Below, piece after piece: positions 12,801 through 24,086 of a stretch of DNA of 35,783 bases. Source of the stretch: Nemertoderma westbladi (taxonomy: Eukaryota; Animalia; Xenacoelomorpha); NCBI GenBank assembly GCA_032718475.1, contig JAUCBJ010004333.1, positions 1 through 35,783 of the forward strand, written 5' to 3'. The stretch's first letter is position 1; each line of letters begins with the position of its first letter. The position numbers and the translations under genes were made by a program. The notes beneath the pieces were generated by a model that was not told the origin of the DNA, searched no databases, and saw only the letters and a list, made by a program, of their open reading frames with translations.

Positions 12801-15795
12801 TTTTACTAACATTGGGAATATAATCAATTTTACTAACATTGGGAATATAATCAATTTTACTAACATTGGGAATATAATCTATTTTACTAACATTGGGAAT
12901 ATAATATATTTTACTAACATTGGGAATATAATCTATTTTACTAACATTGGGAATATAATCTATTTCACTAACATTGGGAATATAATCTATTTTACTAACA
13001 TTGGGAATATAATCTATTTTACTAACATTGGGAATATAATCAATTTTACTAACATTGGGAATATAATCTATTTTACTAACATTGGGAATATAATCTATTT
13101 CACTAACATTGGGAATATAATCTATTTTACTAACATTGGGAATATAATCTATTTCACTAACATTGGGAATATAATCTATTTTACTAACATTGGGAATGTA
13201 ATCTATTTTACTAACATTGGGAATATAATCTATTTTACTAACATTGGGAATATAATCTATTTTACTAACATTGGGAATATAATATATTTTACTAACATTG
13301 GGAATATAATCTATTTTACTAACATTGGGAATATAATCTATTTTACTAACATTGGGAATATAATCTATTTCACTAACATTGGGAATATAATCTATTTTAC
13401 TAACATTGGGAATATAATCTATTTTACTAACATTGGGAATATAATCAATTTTACTAACATTGGGAATATAATCTATTTTACTAACATTGGGAATATAATC
13501 TATTTCACTAACATTGGGAATATAATCTATTTTACTAACATTGGGAATATAATCTATTTCACTAACATTGGGAATATAATCTATTTTACTAACATTGGGA
13601 ATATAATCTATTTTACTAACATTGGGAATATAATCTATTTTACTAACATTGGGAATATAATCTATTTTACTAACATTGGGAATATAATATATTTTACTAA
13701 CATTGGGAATATAATCTATTTTACTAACATTGGGAATATAATCTATTTTACTAACATTGGGAATATAATCAATTTTACTAACATTGGGAATATAATCTAT
13801 TTTACTAACATTGGGAATATAATCTATTTCACTAACATTGGGAATATAATCTATTTTACTAACATTGGGAATATAATCTATTTCACTAACATTGGGAATA
13901 TAATCTATTTTACTAACATTGGGAATATAATCTATTTTACTAACATTGGGAATATAATCTATTTTACTAACATTGGGAATATAATCTATTTCACTAACAT
14001 TGGGAATATAATCTATTTTACTAACATTGGGAATATAATCTATTTTACTAACATTGGGAATATAATCTATTTTACTAACATTGGGAATAAAATCTATTTT
14101 ACTAACATTGGGAATATAATCTATTTTACTAACATTGGGAATATAATCTATTTTACTAACATTGGGAATATAATCTATTTTACTAACATTGGGAATATAA
14201 TCTATTTTACTAACATTGGGAATATAATATATTTTACTAACATTGGGAATATAATCTATTTTACTAACATTGGGAATATAATCTATTTCACTAACATTGG
14301 GAATATAATCTATTTCACTAACATTGGGAATATAATATATTTTACTAACATTGGGAATAGAATCTATTTTACTAACATTGGGAATATAATCTATTTTACT
14401 AACATTGGGAATATAATCTATTTCACTAACATTGGGAATATAATCTATTTTACTAACATTGGGAATATAATCTATTTTACTAACATTGGGAATAAAATCT
14501 ATTTTACTAACATTGGGAATATAATCTATTTTACTAACATTGGGAATATAATCTATTTCACTAACATTGGGAATATAATCTATTTTACTAACATTGGGAA
14601 TATAATCTATTTTACTAACATTGGGAATATAATCTATTTTACTAACATTGGGAATAAAATCTATTTTACTAACATTGGGAATATAATCTATTTTACTAAC
14701 ATTGGGAATATAATCTATTTTACTAACATTGGGAATATAATCTATTTCACTAACATTGGGAATATAATCTATTTTACTAACATTGGGAATATAATCTATT
14801 TTACTAACATTGGGAATATAATCTATTTTACTAACATTGGGAATATAATATATTTTACTAACATTGGGAATATAATCTATTTTACTAACATTGGGAATAT
14901 AATCTATTTTACTAACATTTGGAATATAATCTATTTTACTAACATTGGGAATATAATCTATTTCACTAACATTGGGAATATAATCTATTTCACTAACATT
15001 GGGAATATAATCTATTTTACTAACATTGGGAATATAATCTATTTTACTAACATTGGGAATATAATCTATTTCACTAACATTGGGAATATAATCTATTTCA
15101 CTAACATTGGGAATATAATCTATTTTACTAACATTGGGAATATAATCTATTTTACTAACATTGGGAATATAATCTATTTTACTAACATTGGGAATATAAT
15201 ATATTTTACTAACATTGGGAATATAATCTATTATACTAACATTGGGAATATAATCTATTTCACTAACATTGGGAATATAATCTATTTTACTAACATTTGG
15301 AATATAATCTATTTTACTAACATTGGGAATATAATCTATTTCACTAACATTGGGAATATAATCTATTTCACTAACATTGGGAATATAATCTATTTTACTA
15401 ACATTGGGAATATAATCTATTTTACTAACATTGGGAATATAATCTATTTCACTAACATTGGGAATATAATCTATTTTACTAACATTTGGAATATAATCTA
15501 TTTTACTAACATTGGGAATATAATCTATTTTACTAACATTGGGAATATAATCTATTTTACTAACATTTGGAATATAATCTATTTTACTAACATTGGGAAT
15601 ATAATCTATTTTACTAACATTGGGAATATAATCTATTTTACTAACATTTGGAATATAATCTATTTCACTAACATTGGGAATATAATCTATTTTACTAACA
15701 TTGGGAATAAAATATATTTTACTAACATTGGGAATATATTCTATTTTACTAACATTGGGAATATAATCTATTTTACTAAAATCGTTTACTAACAA
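9865..15795 (-). other. 1976-codon open frame of (SKIDYIPNV)n; coding status doubtful
   Basis: From the ORF track. It has no ATG start (TTG) and most variants are non-synonymous. It is directly preceded by ggttttag in phase with exon 15886-16032. Confidence 0.15.
9925..15779. repeat. 27-bp AT-rich minisatellite, about 217 copies, inside a predicted intron
   Basis: Unit AACATTGGGAATATAATCTATTTTACT, highly homogeneous, with substitutions only. The minus strand reads SKIDYIPNV. Confidence 0.98.
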
Positions 15796-15885
15796 CTAAA
15801 ACCATTGTTTATCATAAAATATATATAGTTAAAACAGAAGAAACTTTGGAAGTAACTTCATGTAAAACAGATCAATGATAGATAC

Positions 15886-16032
15886 CTGTACTTGCTGTTG
15901 TGTAACTAGTGCTTGTTGCTGGAGTAACTGGGAGAGTTGTCGGTTTTCCGTCGGTAGAGAGGATATCGATGTCGGTATGGTTTGTTGTCGGTTACTCAAA
16001 GATACGGAAGAGTTAGACAAACCGTTGGTTCC
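15886..16032 (-). CDS. 147-bp phase 0-0 coding exon (copy B) of the Gln-rich gene
   Basis: Acceptor catttcttcag|GGA and donor CAG|gtatct. Encodes GTNGLSNSSVSLSNRQQTIPTSISSLPTENRQLSQLLQQQALVTQQQVQ, homologous to exon 16561-16707. Confidence 0.75.
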
Positions 16033-16560
16033 CTGAAGAAATGTTCAACAATCTCACTAACATGATTAGTTACTTTATGAGTTTTGTTATCAATATCAAA
16101 ATAATCGTTTAGTTGTTGACAAAATTGTAGAAAACTAATCGCCACTGATAAAAACAAAATTACCGTTATTTCTGCAAATACAACAAATGCAATAAATACA
16201 GATAATAAAACTTTTTGGGGTGTGTGTATATTCACTACGCCGAACGCAGACATCCGAAGACGATAACCACAATTAAAAAGCCAATTATTGTTAATTATCA
16301 ATTGACGGAAAGGTACAGGTTATAGTAGAGGGTTATTCTAACCACAACAATAAACAAAAGACATGTGTTCCTGTTACAGGAACACATGTTTGTTATTGTT
16401 TGTTAAACAAAAAGTATTATTGACTAAATATGAAACAAACTTCAAGCCTCAATAAAAATAAGTGTATATTTTTATCAGCCTATTCTATTCTCCATGTTAC
16501 AATCTTGATATGTTTGTCTGACCCACAGTTGCACGTGAATCGCACCATATTATAACGAAC

Positions 16561-16707
16561 CTGTTGTTGTTGATTGAATAGAGCTCGCTGCTGAATGAGT
16601 TGGTTGAGTTGACGGTTCTCAACTGTTAGAGAGTTCATTGCTGGTGATAATGGTGGCGGTCGGTTAGTGTCAAGAGATGTATGACAATGCGGCATACCAT
16701 TGGTTGC
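16561..16707 (-). CDS. 147-bp phase 0-0 coding exon (copy A) of the Gln-rich gene
   Basis: Acceptor tatttctccag|GCA and donor CAG|gttcgt. Encodes ATNGMPHCHTSLDTNRPPPLSPAMNSLTVENRQLNQLIQQRALFNQQQQ. Confidence 0.75.
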
Positions 16708-17239
16708 CTGGAGAAATATACAAAAAATAGATAAATACTGAAATATAAATAAGCAATATGAAGTAAATTATATATGATACGGCACAAACATTGTTACACC
16801 ATTTCATATCACAGTAATAATGATAATAATTTATAGAGCGCCTTTCTGGACATTATTTAAAGGTGCTATAAAAAGACAATAAAAATCACAATAAAAAAAT
16901 TCACTAAAGTAAAAACAAAATACAGTACAAGTGTTAAGTGCTTTCGTCTACACAATGGTCAAATGGGGATTTACCTGCAGACGGATTAAACACCTTTGAA
17001 AGACATATAATGGTGAAGTTTCAGTTTGAAAGGATTACAGGCAAAGAAATTGGAGGACATTTAATGTTTAGAAATGTAGTCATCTAGAGGTAGGTTATTA
17101 AACTGATGGTTTCTGAAAGTCTCTCAAAAATGTCAACTTTTGGTCTTTTTATGTCTACAAATTTTCAACTCGACAGCTTTTTTAAATGCTTTAAACATTA
17201 CAGCATTAAAAGCTTTAAATCCGACAAAGTGATTATCTT

Positions 17240-17346
17240 GTCAAAATGTTAACGCAGACGACTACGACGTAACGACAACTAATATTTTACGTTCACCCAC
17301 CCCTAACATTGTCTAAAGCTCCGCTACGTTCGTGGCTCGCCCCACA
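17240..17346 (-). mobile_element. One end of a third Helentron/DINE-like element; inner boundary uncertain
   Basis: Reverse complement starts TGTGGGGCGAGCCACG, as at 7290 and 32956. It is followed by a degenerate (GTC)n tract, GTTGTCGTTACGTCGTAGTCGTCTGCG. Confidence 0.45.
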
Positions 17347-18865
17347 AAGACAAAATATACAAGAATTGTCATATTTATATCTTAGACGTCTGGTATAGTA
17401 AATATAGGACATAATGATCCATTAATTATGATATGCAAATTATTACGCTATTCATTATTACACCGCTGCACTGCCTAACTTCTAAGGTTACGACATACTA
17501 GAAACCGTGGCCTCCGCGTATATCTAGAAACATATTTTTATGTCCTATTTGTAGGTTAACTAAACATTGTGCCTGACTATGTATTTTCAGGGGCTGATCT
17601 TACCAATTATCAATCCTTTACAACAACAACAAAGCTGAAGCCTACAGTCCATCTACAATAACTCAACCTCAATAACACAATGGAGCTCATTATTTTCGCG
17701 AGCAAATCTTTGGTCACCCATTGTGTGTAAATAACAAAAACAACAAGGTCGCCAAACAATAGAAATAAAGTTGGCCTCTTGAATCTGGCAGGTTCATTAC
17801 TGAAAATGTAGAGCAAACAATTGAAATAATTCAATAATAATTAACGTCAAATTCAATGAAGCTTCAATTATTTGGGTTGGGTGTTTCACTGTTTCAGGAC
17901 AATTCAACTATATTATCGAGGTAAAATTATATTAATTAGAAGTCCATGCACCGGTCTCGGTAGATTGCAGAGTTTTGTTTCGACAATACGCGAAATTAAT
18001 ATCAACACAAAATTATCAGTGATTGAAAATGTCACCCAAGAATTTATTGAATATTTATGAACAATAAAATACTAACTATGTATAAATCCTGATCCTGAAA
18101 TATAAGTATAAATTTCATACTGACTAGATCCGGGGACCCACACACTAGGCAACTGTGCAAATACTTCATACCCGATTCACGAAATTATTTGTATGATGTA
18201 TGGTATCCAATTATCCAAGACAGTCTCTAATACCAATAGGGTGGCTGGCACTCCTGTAGCTGAAGCTCACAAGATGTTACACAGCTTATCAGACATTATT
18301 GGTATTTTGAAGACCAAACTGACACACCAATAGCAATATCTATTGTGTAACATGCTACGCCCTGACAAGGCTCCTTTTATCGCATACATTATTGAATGAG
18401 ATTGTTTACTGACTCAAACTGCTATCAATCGAATTTCCTACAAAAATTATGTAATGCGATTTCTAAAGAAAATTTGGTATCTAAACAATTCGGCACACAC
18501 TGTGGCAACCGCGGACACACTTTACCACATCGTCATCTGGGTGGATTGACCTACAACTACATCTAAACAAACACTCACCAGACATGAATATCGACTCAGT
18601 CCAAAAGTACCAATACCGGCACTTAAAGGTGTGAAATGGGGGCCGCAATCCCACATAATAATAGAGAAAAAGAGATTAAAAAGTAATAATGTAAACAAAA
18701 TAGGTAATATACAAATCGATACTTTTCAATATTATGGTAAGAAGCAGTTAAATTGCAGCACTATTGCCGCCGGCGTTGAATCAGTTTTAAACAACAATAA
18801 AAAAACAAGTTTCCGCACACATTTTTCCATGAATTTATTATTCTTCCTCTACATCACAACACCTT

Positions 18866-19110
18866 TAGCCAATTGGAGTACAAAGTTTACGGAGTTGGCC
18901 TCCATTTTAATTGGTTCCAAAACAAAGTGACAAGTTTAGGGCTCCGTTGGGTAACCAGCCAATCAAACCGGAGATCATAAAAACATCATAGGAGAGTTGT
19001 TATCCCATTAACAAATTGCGAAGCAATCAATAGGAAGGGAAGGGCTGCGCTGACCTAATGACTAATCAATGTCCAGGTGCTAGATTCATCTACATTGTGA
19101 TATAAACAGG
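18866..19110. promoter_or_regulatory. Possible promoter-like CCAAT/TATA cluster
   Basis: CCAAT/ATTGG at 18869, 18910 and 18959; TATAAA at 19101. Donor-like sites lie nearby on both strands (+ AAAG|gtatgt ~19212; - ATGGAAG|gtaagt 19195). These are short motifs only. Confidence 0.2.
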
Positions 19111-19365
19111 CCGGCATGCACTGTCCATTGATTCAATGACAGCAACAGGGTGTACCATTCATTACATTATTAAGAACAATAACATACTACTTACCTTCCA
19201 TTTATGTAAAAGGTATGTAAAATGTTGCAGTTTGTGTTAGTTTGAACAAGCAGTGCTCAATGTGAACTCCCTTGGGAATATTATTGGTTGATCAGTGTTT
19301 TATTAGGTTATTTTCTCTTACAATTACAACCAATCTCCCCCAGTCACCCTCGCCTCGGCCCTGCC

Positions 19366-19498
19366 GGCCCATGTAAAGTATACCAGATATTCAGCTGCTA
19401 TAATCTACTTTGCAGTTTCCCCCTATGTGAAGAATACCACAGGTCTTCACTAAAAACGCAGATTACAGAAAGGCTGAAACTAACCAAAACAATAAACG
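19366..19498 (-). mobile_element. Partial copy of the MITE-like element at 34074-34351, opposite orientation
   Basis: Reverse complement aligns with 34221-34352 (CGTTTATTGTTTT.GTTAG.TTCAGCC.TTCTGTAA...GGTATTCTTCACAT.GGGG..AACTGCAAAGT...ATGGGCC). Confidence 0.75.
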
Positions 19499-19637
19499 TA
19501 ATTAATACCTCAATACCTGTCTGCCTTTACAGGTTAAAATCTAAATAAGTGCTGGAAATAAATCTAAAAATATACATTCTTAATACAATTTCAAGACAAT
19601 TTCGGCCAAAAAGTGAAGCAGGTCAAAGAGGCACGTC

Positions 19638-19721
19638 ATTCTAACCAAAACAAGAAAGTCAACAGGTTACAGTTTTATTTTTAGAGGTAATCAGCTTTTA
19701 TTTCTATCGATTGATTGCGTC
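19638..19721 (-). repeat. Short dispersed repeat family, copy 1
   Basis: Reverse complement GACGCAATCAA...AGCTGATTAC...AAACTGTAACCTG...TTGTTTTGGTTAG, shared with the copies at 21624, 23361 and 30834. Confidence 0.55.
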
Positions 19722-21623
19722 AGAATGCCTCAAAATCTGTAAGCAAATCTGCAAAAAGAGAGATCTAAGGGAGTTAGTTGTTAGACAGGATGACGGGTAC
19801 GACTCTATAAGCGATACACCAGTTATTCCGCTATGGGATATAAGGCTATAATCATAGACAGTTTTCCGTATTTGTAGTCAAACGATAGGCTACACATTCG
19901 AATTTATTATTTATCTATACCAAATTAAAACAGAAACCAATATAAGACAGTACCATCACTGGTAGAGTAATTAGCCACGCATCATATAATACCTTATCAT
20001 GATACATAACCCATGTTGACAATGCTAATGCAATTGAAAGTTTGCTAAGCCAAAGGGGAACTATCAGGTTATTAATAAACCGTCCGGGTATAATGTTTGT
20101 GTGCTTTGTGAAGCGTAACCCAACAAACAGTGATCGCACGACAATACAAAGCATAGCAATAAATCTATTTGTGCGCAACAGTAGGTTCAATAAAGAAGAT
20201 GGTCAGTTAACCAGCCACAAACATACACACACAACACAGGGAAACATAACGAAATAAGGTGGATAATATCAATATCAATTATTCGCAATAATATTTTAAA
20301 TTTTATTCTAATTCGCGTCTTCGTTTTCAGTTAGTTTTAGATAAAGAAATTAAATGAAATGTGGCAGATTTATTAATCGCCGCCAAGTGGCACTCTGTCG
20401 AAAAGCTAAACATTGAGTAAACTTTTTTAATATTTACTCCACCACACATCATCTCACAACTTTAATTACTCCAGGCAGAGTTTCGGCCCAAATTTGTTTT
20501 GTTTTACAGCTCAAGAGTATACATGCCTTGGCACTACAGCAGAATACAGGAATGTTGAAATAGTTCCCGTCTGGACTGAAGTCGCCCCATAATTAGTTTG
20601 TATAAATGAAAATCTGTAAAAGAAATTGCACGGCCCGGCACATGGGAGTTGCCCCAATCCCACCATTTTATTATTTAATTGTTAATTAAAGTATAAACCA
20701 ACCTTACAGTCGTCCGGAAGTGTTTCCAATTCGGTACCGGTATACAGAAGTAAAATATCAATCGCAGTTATACAAAACAGTTACAGAATAATTAGATTAA
20801 TGTATAATATAAAATTTATTCCAGAGTATCATTGTTGTTTGTATTTAAGGCTACATAGGCTAATAAGTAAACTTTTACAACAATGACAGGTAAATTTAAC
20901 CATATGTATTTACAATATTGCTTTGAGGCTACAATTAATATTAATAATAATAATAATTTTGGAACGTCCAATTAATTTCGATTATGTGAATTATGTACAT
21001 GTAGAATAAAAGGTGTGGTGTTATACGATTTAAAGTAAGTAATAACAAACAGTGAACAGGGGGCAATGGGACACCAGGCCTATCATTATAGGGGCGGCTT
21101 GGTATGAGATTCACTGAGAACAACAAACCAACAACCAACCAAACAAGATTGCCATGGAAACAGGCCTGCATTCACATAGGTTGTGCCAAGGCTGAACCAA
21201 CCAGTTTAGTGGGAGTAGGACAGCAAGCAATATTGTTTAGCTTAGTAAACAGAGCCAATAGGCCTACCAGGCAGCAGCATGAAAACAACATTTAATTGGA
21301 CAATGAGAATAGGTGAATATGGTTGTTGTTTAAAAGTTTGTAAAGATGCCATAGCCAATGCTTGCAGCTGCAGTAAGCCTATTACTAACGTTGAAGATGA
21401 TCTGTGGAGAGACTTATGGACTAACAGAAAAGGAAAATGAAAGGGAAATTAAAATGTAAATGATTAACTATTTTTTATATTACCGACCAACTTTCTTTAA
21501 TTTATTTAGATTATTTTATGTAAATGTAGCCCTATTCACGCTATTCTATAAAATATAGCTATTTACTTCAAAGCGTGTAATGCAATACACATTACCAGAT
21601 ATTGTATGTAGGCGGTGGGACTC

Positions 21624-21745
21624 GACGCAATCAAAATCCATCCCTCTCCAGGGGAAAATCGACGCTAATAACAGCTGATTACGAGAAAAAATTAAACTGT
21701 AGCCTCGCCTGTTCTGTTGACTCCCGTTTATTGTTTTTGTTAGGA
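21624..21745 (+). repeat. Short dispersed repeat family, copy 2
   Basis: GACGCAATCAAAATCCATCCCTC...GGGAAAATCGACGC...AAACTGTAGCC...GTTTATTGTTTTTGTAG, colinear with 30834-30940. Confidence 0.65.
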
Positions 21746-22010
21746 TATCATGTTACCCCCGTCCCACCCCGTCTCTTCCACCTTACACGAATTCACTTTA
21801 CGGTTAACGACATCGGAAATTGCAACATTATTTTACATACAACTACATTTTTTCGATTTCGTCCATCTATAAGCTTCTTCCAATATGAAATAACTAAGCT
21901 AAAAGCGAAATAGTAAAATAGGTAATGTAGGGGGTTGTAGGCCATATTAAATTATTATAGAATATTAAAAAGTTGTGAGTAGCAGCTCCATGCAGAGATG
22001 GATACATTAT

Positions 22011-22511
22011 TTTTCTAGAGTTCTCGGGTTCTTTGGTTCGAATCTAGGCCCTTTTCTAGAGGGGGTTGTCGGGTTCTTTGGTTCGAATCTAGGCCCTTTT
22101 CTAGAGGGGGTTGTCGGGTTCTTTGGTTCGAATCTAGGCCCTTTTCTAGAGGGGGTTGTCGGGTTCTTTGGTTCGAATCTAGGCCCTTTTCTAGAGGGGG
22201 TTGTCGGGTTCTTTGGTTCGAATCTAGGCCCTTTACTAGAGGGGGTTGTCGGGTTCTTTGGTTCGAATCTAGGCCCTTTTCTAGAAGGGGTTGTCGGGTT
22301 CTTTGGTTCGAATCTAGGCCCTTTTCTAGAGGGGGTTGTCGGGTTCTTTGGTTCGAATCTAGGCCCTTTTCTAGAGGGGGTTGTCGGGTTCTTTGGTTCG
22401 AATCTAGGCCCTTTTCTAGAGGGGGTTGTCGGGTTCTTTGGTTCGAATCTAGGCCCTTTTCTAGAGGGGGTTGTCGGGTTCTTTGGTTCGAATCTAGGCC
22501 CTTTTCTAGAG
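22011..22511. repeat. 45-bp minisatellite, 11 copies, near perfect, each with a B-box-like GGTTCGAATC
   Basis: Unit TTTTCTAGAGGGGGTTGTCGGGTTCTTTGGTTCGAATCTAGGCCC: 10 full units plus a shorter first unit. Bounded at both ends by TTTTCTAGAG. Confidence 0.97.
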
Positions 22512-23360
22512 AGAGTGAATATGACGATAGATACGAAATATTAACTCGCCGATATTAGATTTGCGTCCAATCCCCCCCCCCCCCGTTTCATTTTTTTTTC
22601 AACTAAGTGGCTTTCAACAAATACAATTATTTTTCATCTATCTGAATAAACAAGTAAGATGCGAGAAATAAAAAACAGCAGTATTTTTTGTATTTTTTAC
22701 ACGAGTGATTAAGGGTTGTAATAATTACTAATAGAATTAATACAATTATTGTATAGAACTGAATTGGAAAATAGTATTAGAAGACGGATTATAATTGCCA
22801 AGATAAGTTCATGTTGTGTAAACAACAACAGCATTAGCAATGGATGGAAGTACAATACAATATTAATCCACGTTGCTTAAGTTACAAGGCGATATTGGAA
22901 GTTTACCCAAGTAAACACAACCTTGTTTGTTAAATAATAAAGGCGGATGAGAGAAAACTAATTTGGCGAGTTTACAAGGGAGAGCTGATAGATATGAATG
23001 CGCCACACACAACGTAGCTACTGGACCACTAAACTGTAAACAACATAATAATAAACAACATTAGGCATAGGCAATTATGTGGCTGTCGCATTATCAATGT
23101 ACCGTTGATAATTTATGCTTATTGGTTCCAAGAAAAATGTATTGGAATGGAATATAGACTAAATGCAATTAATTGTGTTTGAGGCATGTTATTGCCATGG
23201 ATTTCCGAAATGCTATTTGAGAAAATAACTAGAATGTGTTGAGAAAAAATAATATTTTACAGAAAACACCGAATGTAACCACAATTACTTTATGCATAGA
23301 AACAGGGGGGCAAATTTAAATTATCATTTAAGGGGAAGGGTCACGTTGCAGTCGCTCGTT

Positions 23361-23444
23361 AATCTAACCAAAACAATAAACTAAAGTTAATGGCTATTAT
23401 TTACGACGATTCTACCTTGGAGAGGTATGTATTTTGATTGCGTC
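23361..23444 (-). repeat. Short dispersed repeat family, copy 3
   Basis: Reverse complement GACGCAATCAAAATACATACCTCTCCAAGGTAGAATCGTCG...GTTTATTGTTTTGGTTAGATT. Confidence 0.6.
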
Positions 23445-23751
23445 CAGAATTCTAACTATTCTGTAACTGTCTAAGTATTAACTATTCATTCTTAAGGTGA
23501 AGTTTCAGGATTTAATAGTAATAATTATATCACCGCGGGAGATAAAGTGTCTCCTGCACTCCTGGATAACACGCGATTTATTTGTTCATGGTAAATTGAT
23601 CCATCATTGTACGTACAGTCCACTACGATCCTGATCAAAGAAAAGATACGGCCGCCTTATAAAGAGAAAAATAAATTGTATTCCGTGGATAGCTATTGTT
23701 TATTTGAAGCTTCTACTACTACTACGATCGGCATGCTGCACTGCAGCTGCA

Positions 23752-24085
23752 TTATATACATATATATTACATATATATTAAGAAGGCTGTAACAAAATTG
23801 CGCCGCCACAACTCCCTATCACCCATGACATTTGCTAGATCATCCGTATCTTCAAGGCCAGTGTCCTTTAAGATGCGTCTCAAGAAACTCATGGGCTTCC
23901 CACCCTGCTTATTCACTCCTTGAGGCCGTCAAAGCACAAGATTACGCACTGGCTGGTCCTCAAGGCGAAAGTAATGCCCTGCAAAGAGGAGGAAGTTCCG
24001 TTCAACTGTGATGCTACTGGAAACTAATGGTACACCTCCAATGTTGTATAGTGTTGGTTGAAGATGAGTGCATTGTACTTGACAC
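23752..24085 (-). mobile_element. 5'-truncated, decayed non-LTR retrotransposon, RTE-like ORF2 C-terminus with AT microsatellite tail
   Basis: Manual translation: LYNIGGVPLVSSSITVERNFLLFAGHYFRLEDQPVRNLVL*RPQGVNKQGGKPMSFLRRILKDTGLEDTDDLANVMGDRELWRR. This fits the RTE-type FAGH..R / L-W-P-G..G.P / DR..WR pattern, with a stop where Trp is expected. Confidence 0.8.
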
Positions 24086-24086
24086 G

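Noticed and set aside
18285-18445. DIIGILKTKL ... LSIEF, reminiscent of a LINE endonuclease domain
   Set aside because: Too short and interrupted to support without a profile search.
19915-21400. Hydrophobic minus-strand ORFs and acceptor-like sites; also a plus-strand candidate terminal exon near 20510-20593
   Set aside because: No recognisable family and no consistent exon chain; hydrophobic ORFs are common in T-rich DNA.
22035-22500. tRNA gene cluster
   Set aside because: The 45-bp unit is too short and has only a T-loop-like motif, with no D arm, anticodon arm or acceptor stem.
21975-22544. 189-aa ORF (GFFGSNLGPFLEGVV)n
   Set aside because: Arises from the 45-bp repeat, with no convincing splice context or unique domain.
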